Shown here: piece after piece, positions 1 to 10,208 of the stretch | How the letters are laid out: the number at the start of each line of letters is the position of its first letter | Position numbering within the stretch: the stretch's first letter is position 1 | DNA from: Candidatus Adlerbacteria bacterium | GTDB taxonomy: Bacteria > Patescibacteriota > Minisyncoccia > Phycocordibacterales > SBAW01 | DNA: 49,147 bases | Direction of reading: 5' to 3' | NCBI GenBank assembly: GCA_903900775.1 | Contig: CAIUOD010000001.1 | Span: 1-49,147, forward strand | The notes under the pieces: generated by a model | Seen by the model: the letters and a program-made list of their open reading frames with translations, nothing else | Databases searched by the model: none | Told to the model about the DNA's origin: nothing | Position numbers and translations under genes: made by a program

Positions 1-204
1 GAGTCGTCGGCAACGCGGCTCCGCCCCATTGTGCTCACCACCGTCACCACCGTCATCGGCATGATCCCGCTCGCCGCCTCAAACGCCACCTGGGGCCCAC
101 TCGCATTCTCGGTGATGTTCGGCCTCGCCTTCGCCATCTGCCTCACCCTCGTGCTCATCCCGGTGCTCTTCTTCCGCGCGCCACATCCAAAAAAGACTTT
201 GTAA
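1..204 (+). CDS. RND/AcrB-family efflux transporter, C-terminal fragment (5' end outside window)
   Basis: Frame 1 reads ESSATRLRPIVLTTVTTVIGMIPLA...WGPLAFSVMFGL...LTLVLIPVLF to TAA at 202-204. RLRPIxxT...GMIPLA is the AcrB TM11-12 signature. Confidence 0.9.
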   Translation, partial: ESSATRLRPIVLTTVTTVIGMIPLAASNATWGPLAFSVMFGLAFAICLTLVLIPVLFFRAPHPKKTL

Positions 205-222
205 GATAAGGACTTTTTGTCC

Positions 223-255
223 TTCATGAAAAGTTCAGACAATACTTCATATACT
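223..255 (+). promoter_or_regulatory. Putative OmpR-family tandem binding site plus -10 box
   Basis: TTCA-N7-TTCA-N12-TATACT; the same spacing recurs at 2012-2044 (+) and 14507-14539 (-). Confidence 0.5.
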
Positions 256-322
256 TACTTGTTCGTCATTGCCGAAACTTATTGTCAATGAGATTATTAG
301 TATAGTTAGCACCTCACATACT

Positions 323-1030
323 ATGCATCTACTTATTGTCGAGGATGAAGAGAAATTAGCCAAGGCGCTCAAAAAGGGGCTCGAGACCAAAGGGTATGCG
401 GTTGATTGGCTCGCCGATGGCGAGAAGGCACGTAATCGCATTCTTTTATATCGCAACGAGTACGATCTCATTATTCTTGACCTCATGCTCCCCGGCGGCA
501 TGGATGGTGCGGCCATAACCGAGAACGTGCGCAAAGAAGGAGTGACGACGCCGATCGTCATCCTCACTGCGCGCAACGAGACCGAGCACAAGATTGATCT
601 GTTGAATAAGGGGGCAGACGATTATATCGTCAAGCCGTTTTCATTCGAGGAATTACTCGCCCGTATGAATTCGGTATTACGCCGCCCCACCGTTGCCCAG
701 CCGATGGTGCTCAAAGTCGGGCCACTCGAGATGGACACGGCGACCCGAGTAGTGCGCCAGGGTGGTAATGAGGTGCCACTGACACTGAAGGAGTTTGCCC
801 TGCTCGAGTGCTTTATGCGCGAGCCCAACAAAGTGCTCTCGCGGGAACATTTGTTTGACCACGTGTGGGATTTTAATTCGCTCTCCTGGAGCAATGTGCT
901 CGATGTGCACATGAAGAATCTTCGTAAAAAATTAGAATATGAAACAGAAACCAACGAAAGAAGCACCGAGCGACTTTTTGAGACGGTGCGTGGAGTTGGG
1001 TATCGCTTGGCGGGAGAAGTACAAGAGTGA
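323..1030 (+). CDS. OmpR/PhoB-family DNA-binding response regulator
   Basis: Receiver domain (LLIVEDE, IILDLMLP, GADDYIVKPF) and winged helix (ETVRGVGYRL). ATG 323 is preferred over the ORF-track start at 269. Confidence 0.95.
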   Translation: MHLLIVEDEEKLAKALKKGLETKGYAVDWLADGEKARNRILLYRNEYDLIILDLMLPGGMDGAAITENVRKEGVTTPIVILTARNETEHKIDLLNKGADDYIVKPFSFEELLARMNSVLRRPTVAQPMVLKVGPLEMDTATRVVRQGGNEVPLTLKEFALLECFMREPNKVLSREHLFDHVWDFNSLSWSNVLDVHMKNLRKKLEYETETNERSTERLFETVRGVGYRLAGEVQE

Positions 1031-2000
1031 TCTCTTCTTTCGCACGATAGTCAATATTGGCGCGCTTTCGGCGGCCTTTGTACTCGCGTGCCTCATCGCC
1101 TTCGCGCTCTCGTTTTTAATACAGGCGGTGGCGTGGTATATCTTTGTCGGCATTTTGCTCCTGGCGCTGGCCTTTGTGGTACTTTTGGCCTGGGTGGTGC
1201 TCCGGCCGGTGCGCGATACGCTCCACTATCAAAAATTATTTATCAGCAACATTGCGCACGAGTTGCGCACGCCGCTCTCGATCATTAAAACCTCGACCGA
1301 GGTCGCCCTGCTCGACCATAAGCTCACGCCTTCCTCAAAACAAACGCACGCTGATGTGCTCATTGAACTCGATCGTATTTCTGAAATCATCAACAACCTC
1401 CTCTCTCTCAATCGGCTCACCCGCCCGGAGCGCATCGAATTTAAAAACGTGGATCTGGGGCCACTGCTCGACGAAGTCACTCGCGGACTCTCCTCACTCG
1501 CTCGCGAGCGGGGCATCGAGATGATTGTAAAAAAAGATAGCTATCGAGTCGTGTGGGGTAATGCCACGGCGCTCGAGCAGGTGATGATGAACCTCATCAA
1601 AAACGCCATCAGCTACAATCCCAAGGGCGTGGGTGGAACGGTCACCATCTCTCTGAAACCCGACTATCGCGGATCGATTGTTCTTTCGGTTACCGACACG
1701 GGCATCGGTATCGCGCAGAACGACCTCTTCCACATTTTTGAACCGTTCTATCGTGCCGACACTTCGCGCTCGCGCGATATCAAGAAAAACGGTAGTGGTC
1801 TCGGGCTTACCATCGTCAACGAGTTGGTGAAAGTGCATAACGGCCGGATTCACATACAAAGCATCCCGCGCAAGAGCACCACGGTCTCGGTCTTTTTGCC
1901 ATCGGGTGGCGAGCCGGACCCCACGCATACCCAGACGGTCGATGAACACCAGCAAGGAGGAAGTGAGATTTCCGTAGATTTTTCAAAGCGGGCACAGTAA
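939..2000 (+). CDS. Membrane sensor histidine kinase
   Basis: Two TM helices, H-box AHELRTPL, N-box NLIKNA, DTGIG, GSGLGL. Overlaps the response regulator by 92 nt. Confidence 0.95.
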   Translation: MKQKPTKEAPSDFLRRCVELGIAWREKYKSDLFFRTIVNIGALSAAFVLACLIAFALSFLIQAVAWYIFVGILLLALAFVVLLAWVVLRPVRDTLHYQKLFISNIAHELRTPLSIIKTSTEVALLDHKLTPSSKQTHADVLIELDRISEIINNLLSLNRLTRPERIEFKNVDLGPLLDEVTRGLSSLARERGIEMIVKKDSYRVVWGNATALEQVMMNLIKNAISYNPKGVGGTVTISLKPDYRGSIVLSVTDTGIGIAQNDLFHIFEPFYRADTSRSRDIKKNGSGLGLTIVNELVKVHNGRIHIQSIPRKSTTVSVFLPSGGEPDPTHTQTVDEHQQGGSEISVDFSKRAQ

Positions 2001-2011
2001 TCGATGTGTTT

Positions 2012-2044
2012 GTCACAGAGTCTTCAGGGCAGGGTCGCTATGAT
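2012..2044 (+). promoter_or_regulatory. Putative OmpR-family tandem site plus -10 box
   Basis: GTCA-N7-TTCA-N12-TATGAT upstream of ORF 2077. Confidence 0.45.
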
Positions 2045-2076
2045 GGCCTGCATTAGTAGTAAGCCGTAAAAATCTT

Positions 2077-2292
2077 ATGGAAAAGTATGAAATGACTTGC
2101 ACGTGTGGGCACGTTACGAGATTGGAGGCCGCCAATGAGGACGAAGCCATCGCGAAGATGAAGGATGCGATGGATAAGAAGGCTATAAAAGAGCATTGGC
2201 GCGAAATGCACCCAGGCAACATTGCTCCTAGCGTCGAAGAGGTCCATCAAATGATTGAACAGGAGCTTATGTTCTCGCCTGCAACTGCCTAG
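2077..2292 (+). CDS. Small putative metal-binding protein (DUF1059-like)
   Basis: 71 aa; CTCGH...EAANEDEAI...EHWREMH pattern. Confidence 0.6.
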   Translation: MEKYEMTCTCGHVTRLEAANEDEAIAKMKDAMDKKAIKEHWREMHPGNIAPSVEEVHQMIEQELMFSPATA

Positions 2293-2416
2293 TAGTAACT
2301 TTATAGTGTAGAAATCGCTCTGAAAATAATGTAAAACAGGGCGATTTCTATTACATACATATCGCAAAAAGGAAGTGGCGCGCTACAACACAACGGGCTA
2401 TGCTGTCTATCACGGT

Positions 2417-4441
2417 ATGGGGTATCTTCACGAACTTACCTCCACTTTTTCTCTTCGATACGCGGGGCGTTTTGTAGCGCTCGCTGGCGCTTATTTTGTA
2501 ACCGCAGAGTTTGGGTTGCATTTTTACGGTGTAGATTTCACGGCGCTTATCTGGCCGCCCGTAGGCATTGCTTTGGCGGCGCTTTTTTTGTGGGGATATG
2601 CGTTGTGGCCGGCGGCGGCTTTAGGGGCATTCGTGTTTGCCCTGTCAGTAGGCGCCTCCCCGGTGGCCGCTCTCGGCATAGTGGCAGGCGGTACGCTCGA
2701 GGTGCTGTTCGGCGCTTATTTTTTACGCGAGATAGTGAAACTGAACCCCACCTTCGGACGAGTGCGGGATGCACTAAGTGTGATAGCTACCAGCGTGATT
2801 GCTCCGATCATCGGCGCTACGGTCGGGGTGGCTGGTTTTGTTTTGAACGGCACCTTGGCGCTTGAGGAGGTGCCCCAAACGTGGTTGTCGTGGTGGCTCG
2901 GTGACGCGCTCGCGATTCTGGTGTTCGTCCCTTTTCTTATCTTTTGGTTTGAAAAACCGTATTTTACGAGGACGCGAAAGCAATTAATTGAAGGGGTGGC
3001 CGCATTCGGGCTCCTATTTCTTGCAAGCGGTTTCGTTTTTTTTGGTCCGTTTATCGAACTGCGCGGGGTCCCGCTACGGCTCGTCTCTATCCCGCTCCTG
3101 TGGATAGCACTACGTATGGGCCTGCGCGGGCTCACTTTCGCGAGCGTATGCACGGCCCTGCTCGCGCTTCACGGAGATGGAAATCTTTTTTCTGCGCAGC
3201 TGTTTGTTGCGACCGCCACGATACTTTTTCTCATCGTCACCTCTGCCATCGAGGAGCGCAATGAAGCTAGGCGCTTGCTAGAAGCCCGCATGCGCGGGCT
3301 GGAGCAGTCGCTTAAAAAAATGAACGTCGAAGATCAGGCGAAGGTCGAATTTCTTGCTATCCTCGCGCACGAATTGCGCAACCCGCTCTCTCCAATCGTG
3401 AGCGCTATTGAGCTGATCCGCATAAACGGGATACGCCCAGAAAACAGCGCACTGTTTGAGACTATCGTGACGCACGTTAAAACGATTAGTCGGCTGCTCG
3501 ACGACTTGCTCGACATATCACGCATCTCGCGCAAGAAATTCCATCTTCAAAAAGAATCAGTCGAGTTGCAGTCGGTTATTAATCATTCTCTCGAGACAGT
3601 GCGCCCGTTCGTCAAAGAGCATCAGCTGACGCTCGAGACCTTCATCCCCGGGGAGCCGATATGGTTGAATGGCGACCCCACGCGGCTTACCCAAGCGTTT
3701 GTAAACATTTTGTACAATGCCGCGAAATATACCAACCAGGGAGGGAAAATCACCGTCATCTGTCGAAATGAGTCGGGTTTTGTGCAGGTCGCGATTCAAG
3801 ACACCGGGGTCGGTATCGAGCCGCACATGCTCGGGAAGATATTTGAGTTGTTTGTACAGGCTAAAGATGCCTCGCCGACTGTCGGGACCGGTCTCGGCAT
3901 CGGGCTCGCGCTCACCAAGCGGTTAGTGGAGTTGCACGACGGCACCATCTCGGTTATAAGCGAAGGCAAGGGGAAGGGGAGCACCTTCACGGTGGTTTTA
4001 CCGAAGCCCAGTCAACTAGTCTTGCCAAAACAGCCGCCGCAAGAGGAGGAGATACCCCTTGTCGCTAAAGAAAAATATACGATTCTTGTCGTCGATGATA
4101 ATGCGGTCGCCGCGCACAGCTTGCAGAAATTGCTCGAATACAGTGGTCACCACGTGGGAGCGGTGCACAATGGTAAGGAGACGTTTGAATACTTCCACCA
4201 ACACAATCCTAAAGTGGTCATCCTGGACATTGGTCTGCCCGACATTAGTGGCTATGAGATAGCAGAGCGTTTGCGCAAGGAGCAAGATCCCTCGCTCCTC
4301 CTCATTGCACTTAGTGGCTATGGACAAAAAGAAGATAAAGAAAAAGCGGCAGAAGCGGGTTTCGATTATCACCTCACCAAGCCCGTTGGTATCAAAGATA
4401 TTGAAGTACTATTTATTGAGCATCAAACGACTCACAAATAA
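2417..4441 (+). CDS. Hybrid sensor kinase (MASE1-like membrane domain, HisKA, HATPase, receiver)
   Basis: IWPPVGIALA and WWLGDA MASE1 motifs, LAHELRNPL, NAAKYT, GLGIGL, and a C-terminal receiver (VVDDN, ILDIGLP, HLTKPV). Alternative GTG start at 2375. Confidence 0.92.
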   Translation: MGYLHELTSTFSLRYAGRFVALAGAYFVTAEFGLHFYGVDFTALIWPPVGIALAALFLWGYALWPAAALGAFVFALSVGASPVAALGIVAGGTLEVLFGAYFLREIVKLNPTFGRVRDALSVIATSVIAPIIGATVGVAGFVLNGTLALEEVPQTWLSWWLGDALAILVFVPFLIFWFEKPYFTRTRKQLIEGVAAFGLLFLASGFVFFGPFIELRGVPLRLVSIPLLWIALRMGLRGLTFASVCTALLALHGDGNLFSAQLFVATATILFLIVTSAIEERNEARRLLEARMRGLEQSLKKMNVEDQAKVEFLAILAHELRNPLSPIVSAIELIRINGIRPENSALFETIVTHVKTISRLLDDLLDISRISRKKFHLQKESVELQSVINHSLETVRPFVKEHQLTLETFIPGEPIWLNGDPTRLTQAFVNILYNAAKYTNQGGKITVICRNESGFVQVAIQDTGVGIEPHMLGKIFELFVQAKDASPTVGTGLGIGLALTKRLVELHDGTISVISEGKGKGSTFTVVLPKPSQLVLPKQPPQEEEIPLVAKEKYTILVVDDNAVAAHSLQKLLEYSGHHVGAVHNGKETFEYFHQHNPKVVILDIGLPDISGYEIAERLRKEQDPSLLLIALSGYGQKEDKEKAAEAGFDYHLTKPVGIKDIEVLFIEHQTTHK

Positions 4442-4582
4442 TTTTGATGAGAGAAGTATGAAATCTTCAGCTGTCTTCATGAAAAAATCGTGGGGCTTAA
4501 CACGGCGCTCATTCAGGCGAACTTCATACGAGAATAAAATATATATTGCGGTCAACCGTGTCCGGGCGATACGCTGGGGCAC

Positions 4583-5947
4583 ATGGTTAAAAAAATAATT
4601 TCGCGTTCAGCAGTATCTCTCGCATTAACAAGTTTTATTCTCGCGGGCCTCTTGGGCCTCGCGCCGATTCCCGCCGCGGCCGCAACGGTATCGATTAGCT
4701 CGTGGTGGCCAACCAATGGGGCGCACATGCAGGGCGTACAGCCTTTCAAAGTGATGATCTCGGGGCTCGACGTGTCTCAATACGATATGTTTTGGCAAGT
4801 CGACGGTGGTCAATTGAATTCGATGAACAACAACTACACCGGCTATCAACATAAGGAGGCGTCTGTGGATGTGAGCGGGTGGAAATGGCACGGTAGCGGC
4901 CCGTACGTTATTAATTTTGTTGCGCGTCAAGGCGGCACGGTCATCGCGCAACAATCAGAGACTATCTATATTGATAATAATTTGCCAGTGGCCTCTGCAG
5001 TCCCTGCAAAAGTCACCACTGCCGCACCAGTTGTAACGACTGCATCAACTATACCAGCTACTACGCCGGCAGTAGCGGCGCTTGTCTCGAGCAATAGTAG
5101 CTTGTACGTCATTCCGAATTCCGAGGCAGCAGAACAGGCGGTCATCTGGGCGAGCAGTAATCCGACCGGTGCCATAGCGATGAAGGTGCTCGCTTCGCAG
5201 TCAACCGCCTCGTGGTTCGGTAATTGGAACAGCAACGTAGGGAGCGATGTACATGCCCTCGTTGTCGCCGCGGAGGCCGCAAACAGCATCCCAACGCTCG
5301 TCGCCTACAATATTCCTGAGCGCGATTGTGGTGGATTCTCTGCGGGGGGTGCGAACAATCCTGCTGGTTACACCTCGTGGATACAATCATTCGCGCAAGG
5401 TCTGGGTTCCTCCAAGGCGATTGTTATCTTAGAGCCCGATGCGATCGCGGATATAGGCTGCCTCTCGTCGGCCGACCAAGCGACCCGTTTGAGCCTGCTC
5501 GGGAATGCCGTTTCGACGATCAAAAAAGATCCAAACGCAAAAGTCTACATCGACGCCGGCCATTCAAACTGGATAGACGCGGCTACTATGGCGCGTGAAC
5601 TCTCACAAGCGAATGTCGCGCAGGCTGACGGCTTCTCTCTGAATGTTTCGAACTTCATGTCGAACAGTAGTGAGATTACCTATGGTCAACAAGTCAGTTC
5701 ACAAATTAGCGGTAAGCACTTTGTGGTGGACACCTCACGCAATGGCAACGGCTCAACTGGACAGTGGTGTAATCCCTCGGGGATGGCGATAGGCACGAAG
5801 CCCACGCTCCAGACGGGCAACGCGCTTGTCGACGCCTTCCTCTGGATTAAGACGCCGGGCGAGAGCGATGGCCCATGCAATGGTGGCCCGTCCGCAGGCA
5901 TGTGGTGGCCGAGCTATGCACAGCAGTTAGTACAAAACGCGCACTAA
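4583..5947 (+). CDS. Secreted glycoside hydrolase family 6 (cellulase-type) with uncharacterised N-terminal domain and Thr/Ala/Pro linker
   Basis: Signal peptide; GH6 motifs YNIPERDC, ILEPDA, YIDAGH, VDTSRNG, WCNP, WIKTPGESDG. Confidence 0.9.
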   Translation: MVKKIISRSAVSLALTSFILAGLLGLAPIPAAAATVSISSWWPTNGAHMQGVQPFKVMISGLDVSQYDMFWQVDGGQLNSMNNNYTGYQHKEASVDVSGWKWHGSGPYVINFVARQGGTVIAQQSETIYIDNNLPVASAVPAKVTTAAPVVTTASTIPATTPAVAALVSSNSSLYVIPNSEAAEQAVIWASSNPTGAIAMKVLASQSTASWFGNWNSNVGSDVHALVVAAEAANSIPTLVAYNIPERDCGGFSAGGANNPAGYTSWIQSFAQGLGSSKAIVILEPDAIADIGCLSSADQATRLSLLGNAVSTIKKDPNAKVYIDAGHSNWIDAATMARELSQANVAQADGFSLNVSNFMSNSSEITYGQQVSSQISGKHFVVDTSRNGNGSTGQWCNPSGMAIGTKPTLQTGNALVDAFLWIKTPGESDGPCNGGPSAGMWWPSYAQQLVQNAH

Positions 5948-5990
5948 TCTCTTCATCGAAAGTTCGGGTAGAGGGGGTGAAAATCGATAG

Positions 5991-7175
5991 ATGCAACCGG
6001 CGCAAAAGTCGCCCGAGGACCGATTCTATTGGCTGGGCGGATTTTTGCTTGCCCTCTCTCTGGCGGCGCGGGCGGTTTCTTTGCCTATCATCACCTCTGA
6101 CTACACGTATTTTCTTAGTAAATGGTTCGATATGCTCCAGAATCACCCGGGGTTCACCGCGTTTGCCATACCGTTTTCGGATTATGCTCCGATGTACTTA
6201 TATTTTATAAAACTTCTGACGTTCGTACCGATGCCAAGCCTTTATAGCATCAAACTGCTCTCGATGCTGTTTGACGTTGCCGTGGCAATGACGACATATT
6301 TCATCATTAAAAAAACGGCACCGCGCGCGTATACCGAAGGGCAATTATTTTTTGCATTTGCACTTGTGTTTTCTATCCCAACCTTTGTTCTCAATAGCTC
6401 GCTGTGGGGGCAATCCGACGCAGTGTATGCCGCGGGCGTGCTTGTATGTCTCTACTTTGTACTCACCGACCGACCACTACCAGCGATCGTGGCTTTTTCT
6501 TTTGCGTTTTCAATAAAACTGCAAGCAATATTTTTCTTGCCGGTTTTGGTGGGTTATTGCTTGCGTAAAGAAAAAAGCGCCGGCTACCTGCTTTTCATAC
6601 CACTCCTCTATTTTGTCTCGATTATTCCTGCGCGCCTCGGGGGCGGCTCGCTCGGGAGTTTGTTGCTTGTGTATGCGCACGAGACGGCCGAATATCCTTC
6701 GCTCAGTGTGTCGGCCCAAAGCATCTTCGCGCTACTCGGCAATTATCAGTTCACTCCGTTTGCCGAGCATTACCTCTTCTTGGCAGGGCTCGTGGCGGCG
6801 GGGCTCTGTGCTCTCGGTGTTGCCGCGCTTGTCTATCATTTTGAAAATCTTTCTGCCCGAGGAATGGTAATGCTCTCTCTGGTGTGTGTGGTGCTCCTGC
6901 CGTATTTGTTGCCGCGCATGCATGAGCGCTATTTTTATCTCGCCGATTTGTTCTCGGTTCTCTATGTCTTTTACAATCCGCGCCGCTGGTATGTCCCCCT
7001 ACTTATCGTCGGGACATCACTCGTGTCCTATATGGCGTTTCTTTCGCAAGTGTCGTGGTTTAGCCATCTGCGTGTCAGCTTGTTTTACCCGAGCCTCGTG
7101 CTCCTGCCGACCATAGCGATACTGCTGTTCGAGAGTTATCGCGCGGTGGCCGCCTCCGATACCGCCGTGTCATAG
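5991..7175 (+). CDS. GT-C-fold polytopic glycosyltransferase (GT87/DUF2029-like)
   Basis: Multi-TM protein; SDYxxF, DYAPMY, NSSLWGQSD, KLQA and MHERYFY motifs. Confidence 0.7.
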   Translation: MQPAQKSPEDRFYWLGGFLLALSLAARAVSLPIITSDYTYFLSKWFDMLQNHPGFTAFAIPFSDYAPMYLYFIKLLTFVPMPSLYSIKLLSMLFDVAVAMTTYFIIKKTAPRAYTEGQLFFAFALVFSIPTFVLNSSLWGQSDAVYAAGVLVCLYFVLTDRPLPAIVAFSFAFSIKLQAIFFLPVLVGYCLRKEKSAGYLLFIPLLYFVSIIPARLGGGSLGSLLLVYAHETAEYPSLSVSAQSIFALLGNYQFTPFAEHYLFLAGLVAAGLCALGVAALVYHFENLSARGMVMLSLVCVVLLPYLLPRMHERYFYLADLFSVLYVFYNPRRWYVPLLIVGTSLVSYMAFLSQVSWFSHLRVSLFYPSLVLLPTIAILLFESYRAVAASDTAVS

Positions 7176-8635
7176 CGGAGCCGATATACATACAGATTGA
7201 GGTCCGGTGAAAATGTTTCTTGATAGATGCGCTGGTAGTGCGTATCGAAATAATTTTTTATGCTGCCTTCGTAACCCTGATCGTAGCTCAACAGCAAGTA
7301 GACGTTTTGATCGCCGCTCGTCGTCTGCAAGATCTGGGAGCCGAGTGTGCCCTCCGAGAAGGCTGGTATGGGGCCGTAGGCGTACTGATTCCACACGGGG
7401 AGCGTCGAGATGGATGACGGCCCTCGATAATAATATTGCACCGGGTAGACGGTGAACGGCGCAGAAAGGATGATGGCGTCTTGCGCGGTGGTGTGCGCAT
7501 TGAGATACTCGGCCGCACCCTCATAATTTTCTTTAACCGGGGTCGTGGGGCTGGCTATCTCGATCCCGAGTGTCACGAGCATGAGCACAGCGAGGGAATA
7601 GCGAGCCACACTGGCAAAGCGCGGCTCATAATTACTGAATAGACTCGCGAGCAACAAATAGAGAGAAGGCACCGTGAAGATAAGATAGCGGCTCACGAAT
7701 ACGGGCGCGATGATAAAACTTCCAAAGAAGGCAATCGCGAAGGAAACAATAATCGTCGTTAAAAAATACGCGGTCTCTGGCATCATACGATAGCTGCGCC
7801 GTAGCGTAAAGAGTCCGAAGATAACGGCAATGGGCCAGAGCGACAAAACGAACGTATTGATGTTGTCGTTTTGGAACCCGAACAAGAATTGAGAAAACGC
7901 GCTAAAGAGGTTAACGCTGGTGGGTGCCACGAGTGCCGGCTCTTCAAAGCCGGCCTGCCCCAGATGGAATACATACCAGCCCCACGGCGCGACTGCTCCC
8001 ACTACCACGACCACAGCAAATGCGAAGCGCTTGAGTGAGCCTTTAGGGAAGAGGTCTTGGCGTAGAAAATAAAAAGTAGCTTGCGCAGCTAACGACAGGA
8101 AAAAGAAATAGTGTGAGAAGATGCCGGCCACCGCTGTTGCGATATAGCCGACCCACACCTGCTCGCTCGGCACGGTATCTTTAAAAATACGAATGAAGAA
8201 ATATTGGTTCAGGATAACGAAAAACGTGAAAAGTGTGTACATGCGAATTTCGTTGCCGTACCAATTCATAAACGGCGAAATAGAAAATAAAAAAGCGGTG
8301 AAGAGTCCGACGGTGCGACCATACGCAAGCTTGCCGACCATATAGAGGGCCGGAATACTCGCTAAATAAAAGAGGAGCGAGAGTATTCGCGCTAGGGGTA
8401 CGGTGTTGCCGAGATAGAGAATCCAAAAATGAAGCAGTAGGTGGTAGAGCGGCACGTGCACGTCGCCAGCCACGATGGTAAATATCTCAAGAACCTGGCG
8501 GCTCACTTGCCAGAGGCTCTGTGACTCGTCGAGTCGCAGGCTCTGCCCCATGAAGAAAAAATACGAGAGCGCCACGGGTATGCATGTCACGCAGGCAAGC
8601 AGAGAAAAAGTTTTAATTCTTTCTGATCGAGTCAT
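7136..8635 (-). CDS. GT-C glycosyltransferase (PMT/GT39/ArnT-like)
   Basis: SLRLDE, DVHVPLY, EIRMY and SHYFF motifs; multi-TM. Confidence 0.8.
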   Translation of the reverse strand: MTRSERIKTFSLLACVTCIPVALSYFFFMGQSLRLDESQSLWQVSRQVLEIFTIVAGDVHVPLYHLLLHFWILYLGNTVPLARILSLLFYLASIPALYMVGKLAYGRTVGLFTAFLFSISPFMNWYGNEIRMYTLFTFFVILNQYFFIRIFKDTVPSEQVWVGYIATAVAGIFSHYFFFLSLAAQATFYFLRQDLFPKGSLKRFAFAVVVVVGAVAPWGWYVFHLGQAGFEEPALVAPTSVNLFSAFSQFLFGFQNDNINTFVLSLWPIAVIFGLFTLRRSYRMMPETAYFLTTIIVSFAIAFFGSFIIAPVFVSRYLIFTVPSLYLLLASLFSNYEPRFASVARYSLAVLMLVTLGIEIASPTTPVKENYEGAAEYLNAHTTAQDAIILSAPFTVYPVQYYYRGPSSISTLPVWNQYAYGPIPAFSEGTLGSQILQTTSGDQNVYLLLSYDQGYEGSIKNYFDTHYQRIYQETFSPDLNLYVYRLRYDTAVSEAATAR

Positions 8636-10181
8636 ACGGATTTTTTTGTGAAATAGGTGCCGACGCAGAGCGTAATTCTCCCTGTGCCACTCGAGTTGGG
8701 AGCGCGGCGCGGATAAACGGCAAGAACACGACGATGTTGAGAAGCGCCCACGCCGTGTTGTTGATGAGCGAGGCAGAAAATCCTTCTCTTGTGAGTGCCA
8801 CTATAATGCCAATGGCGACCACGCCAACATAGGCGATATGCCATCTCACCAATGGCAAAAAATTTCCCTGCACCCAGTTTTTGTCTGTAATCGAGAACGC
8901 CGAACGTTGGAAGGTTGCCGCAGAGTAGAGAGCGCGCAGATGGATATTAAATCCGCCCATAGAAAATCCGAGGCTCGAAAAGGTGAAAGTAAAATTTGAT
9001 GATCGTTGAATAACGTACAAAGTAAAGAAGAAGTACGGCAAAAAGATTGCGGCAAGAAGCATGCCGTTTATGAGTACCGGTACCATCCCGGTGTAGAAGA
9101 AAACAATGGGCAGGAGGGCATCGATCACGACAAAAAGCCCCGACAAATAAAAACTTGCCGAAGAGAGATATTGGATGCGTTGCGCCCACGAAAGCCCGCG
9201 CATAAATAGCGGATTGTAACGGAAGATGACATCGAGCGCGCCACGTGCCCAACGAAATTGCTGTTTAGAATAGGAGAGCAGGTCTTCGGTTGCCAAACCC
9301 TCGGCTAAGACCTCACCCAGATAGATCGAGCGGTATCCTTTAGCGTGCATGAGGAGGCCGGTGATAAAATCCTCGGCGATTGATTCGGTGCACATGCCAC
9401 CGACCGAGAAGAGAGCTTCGCGGGAAATGAGCATGTTGGTGCCGCACATGGTGGCGCTGTTGAGACGATTTTTACCTTTACAAATCGGCCCAAAAAAAAG
9501 CTCCTGCTGCTCCCACGAACTTTTAGTCAGATAATTCTCGGCATAATTTTTATAGAACTGCGGCGTCTGAACAAAGCCAACTTTGGGGTCGACGAAATAC
9601 GATGCAGTCTTCGCCAAGAAATCGGAATGCGGCACATGGTCGGCGTCGAATATTGCCACGAGGGGATTGCTCGTGAGCCGGAGTGCGTTGTTGATGTTGC
9701 CCGCTTTGGCGCCACCAGGCACCGTGCGCGTGATGCAGTGCACACCCAAGCTCGAGGCGAGCGCTTCTATCTCGCGCCAATTGCTCTTGTCGGCCACATA
9801 GCCATCGTTAAGGATGTGGATGTTAAAATTGGGATAATCCATGGCGCGTGCGGCCACAACCGTCTTCCGTACCATCTCGGTCGGCTCTCCTGCGACCGTG
9901 ATAAAAACGTCTGCCGGTGGGTGGTGCTCAGCGTCTCTGGGTGCACTATATGACGTCTCCCATACCGTGTAGAGAAATGTTAGTACCTGCCAGATATGGA
10001 AAACCTCTCCCGCGATAAGGAGCGAGAAGAGCAGGCGATTGCCGATGGGAAAGAAGAACGCAAGTACAAAAAAGTAGGTTACCGCAAAGAGCATGTTGAG
10101 CGCGAGGAGCTCTTTGGGAGGATCCGTTTTGAGGAAATCCTTTCGCATCTCCACATAATCATTTTCGCTGTAGGGGCTCAT
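8613..10181 (-). CDS. Cellulose-synthase-like processive GT2 (BcsA-like, no PilZ domain)
   Basis: KAGNIN, DADH, QTPQ, AED and QQFRW (QxxRW) motifs, flanked by TM helices; ends shortly after the last TM. Confidence 0.85.
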   Translation of the reverse strand: MSPYSENDYVEMRKDFLKTDPPKELLALNMLFAVTYFFVLAFFFPIGNRLLFSLLIAGEVFHIWQVLTFLYTVWETSYSAPRDAEHHPPADVFITVAGEPTEMVRKTVVAARAMDYPNFNIHILNDGYVADKSNWREIEALASSLGVHCITRTVPGGAKAGNINNALRLTSNPLVAIFDADHVPHSDFLAKTASYFVDPKVGFVQTPQFYKNYAENYLTKSSWEQQELFFGPICKGKNRLNSATMCGTNMLISREALFSVGGMCTESIAEDFITGLLMHAKGYRSIYLGEVLAEGLATEDLLSYSKQQFRWARGALDVIFRYNPLFMRGLSWAQRIQYLSSASFYLSGLFVVIDALLPIVFFYTGMVPVLINGMLLAAIFLPYFFFTLYVIQRSSNFTFTFSSLGFSMGGFNIHLRALYSAATFQRSAFSITDKNWVQGNFLPLVRWHIAYVGVVAIGIIVALTREGFSASLINNTAWALLNIVVFLPFIRAALPTRVAQGELRSASAPISQKNPYDSIRKN

Positions 10182-10208
10182 AAAAATATAATGCTGGATT
10201 GTTGATGA

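Noticed and set aside
7136-7175. 40-nt convergent overlap of two GT-C genes
   Set aside because: Short tail-to-tail overlaps are common in compact genomes and there is no sign of added function.
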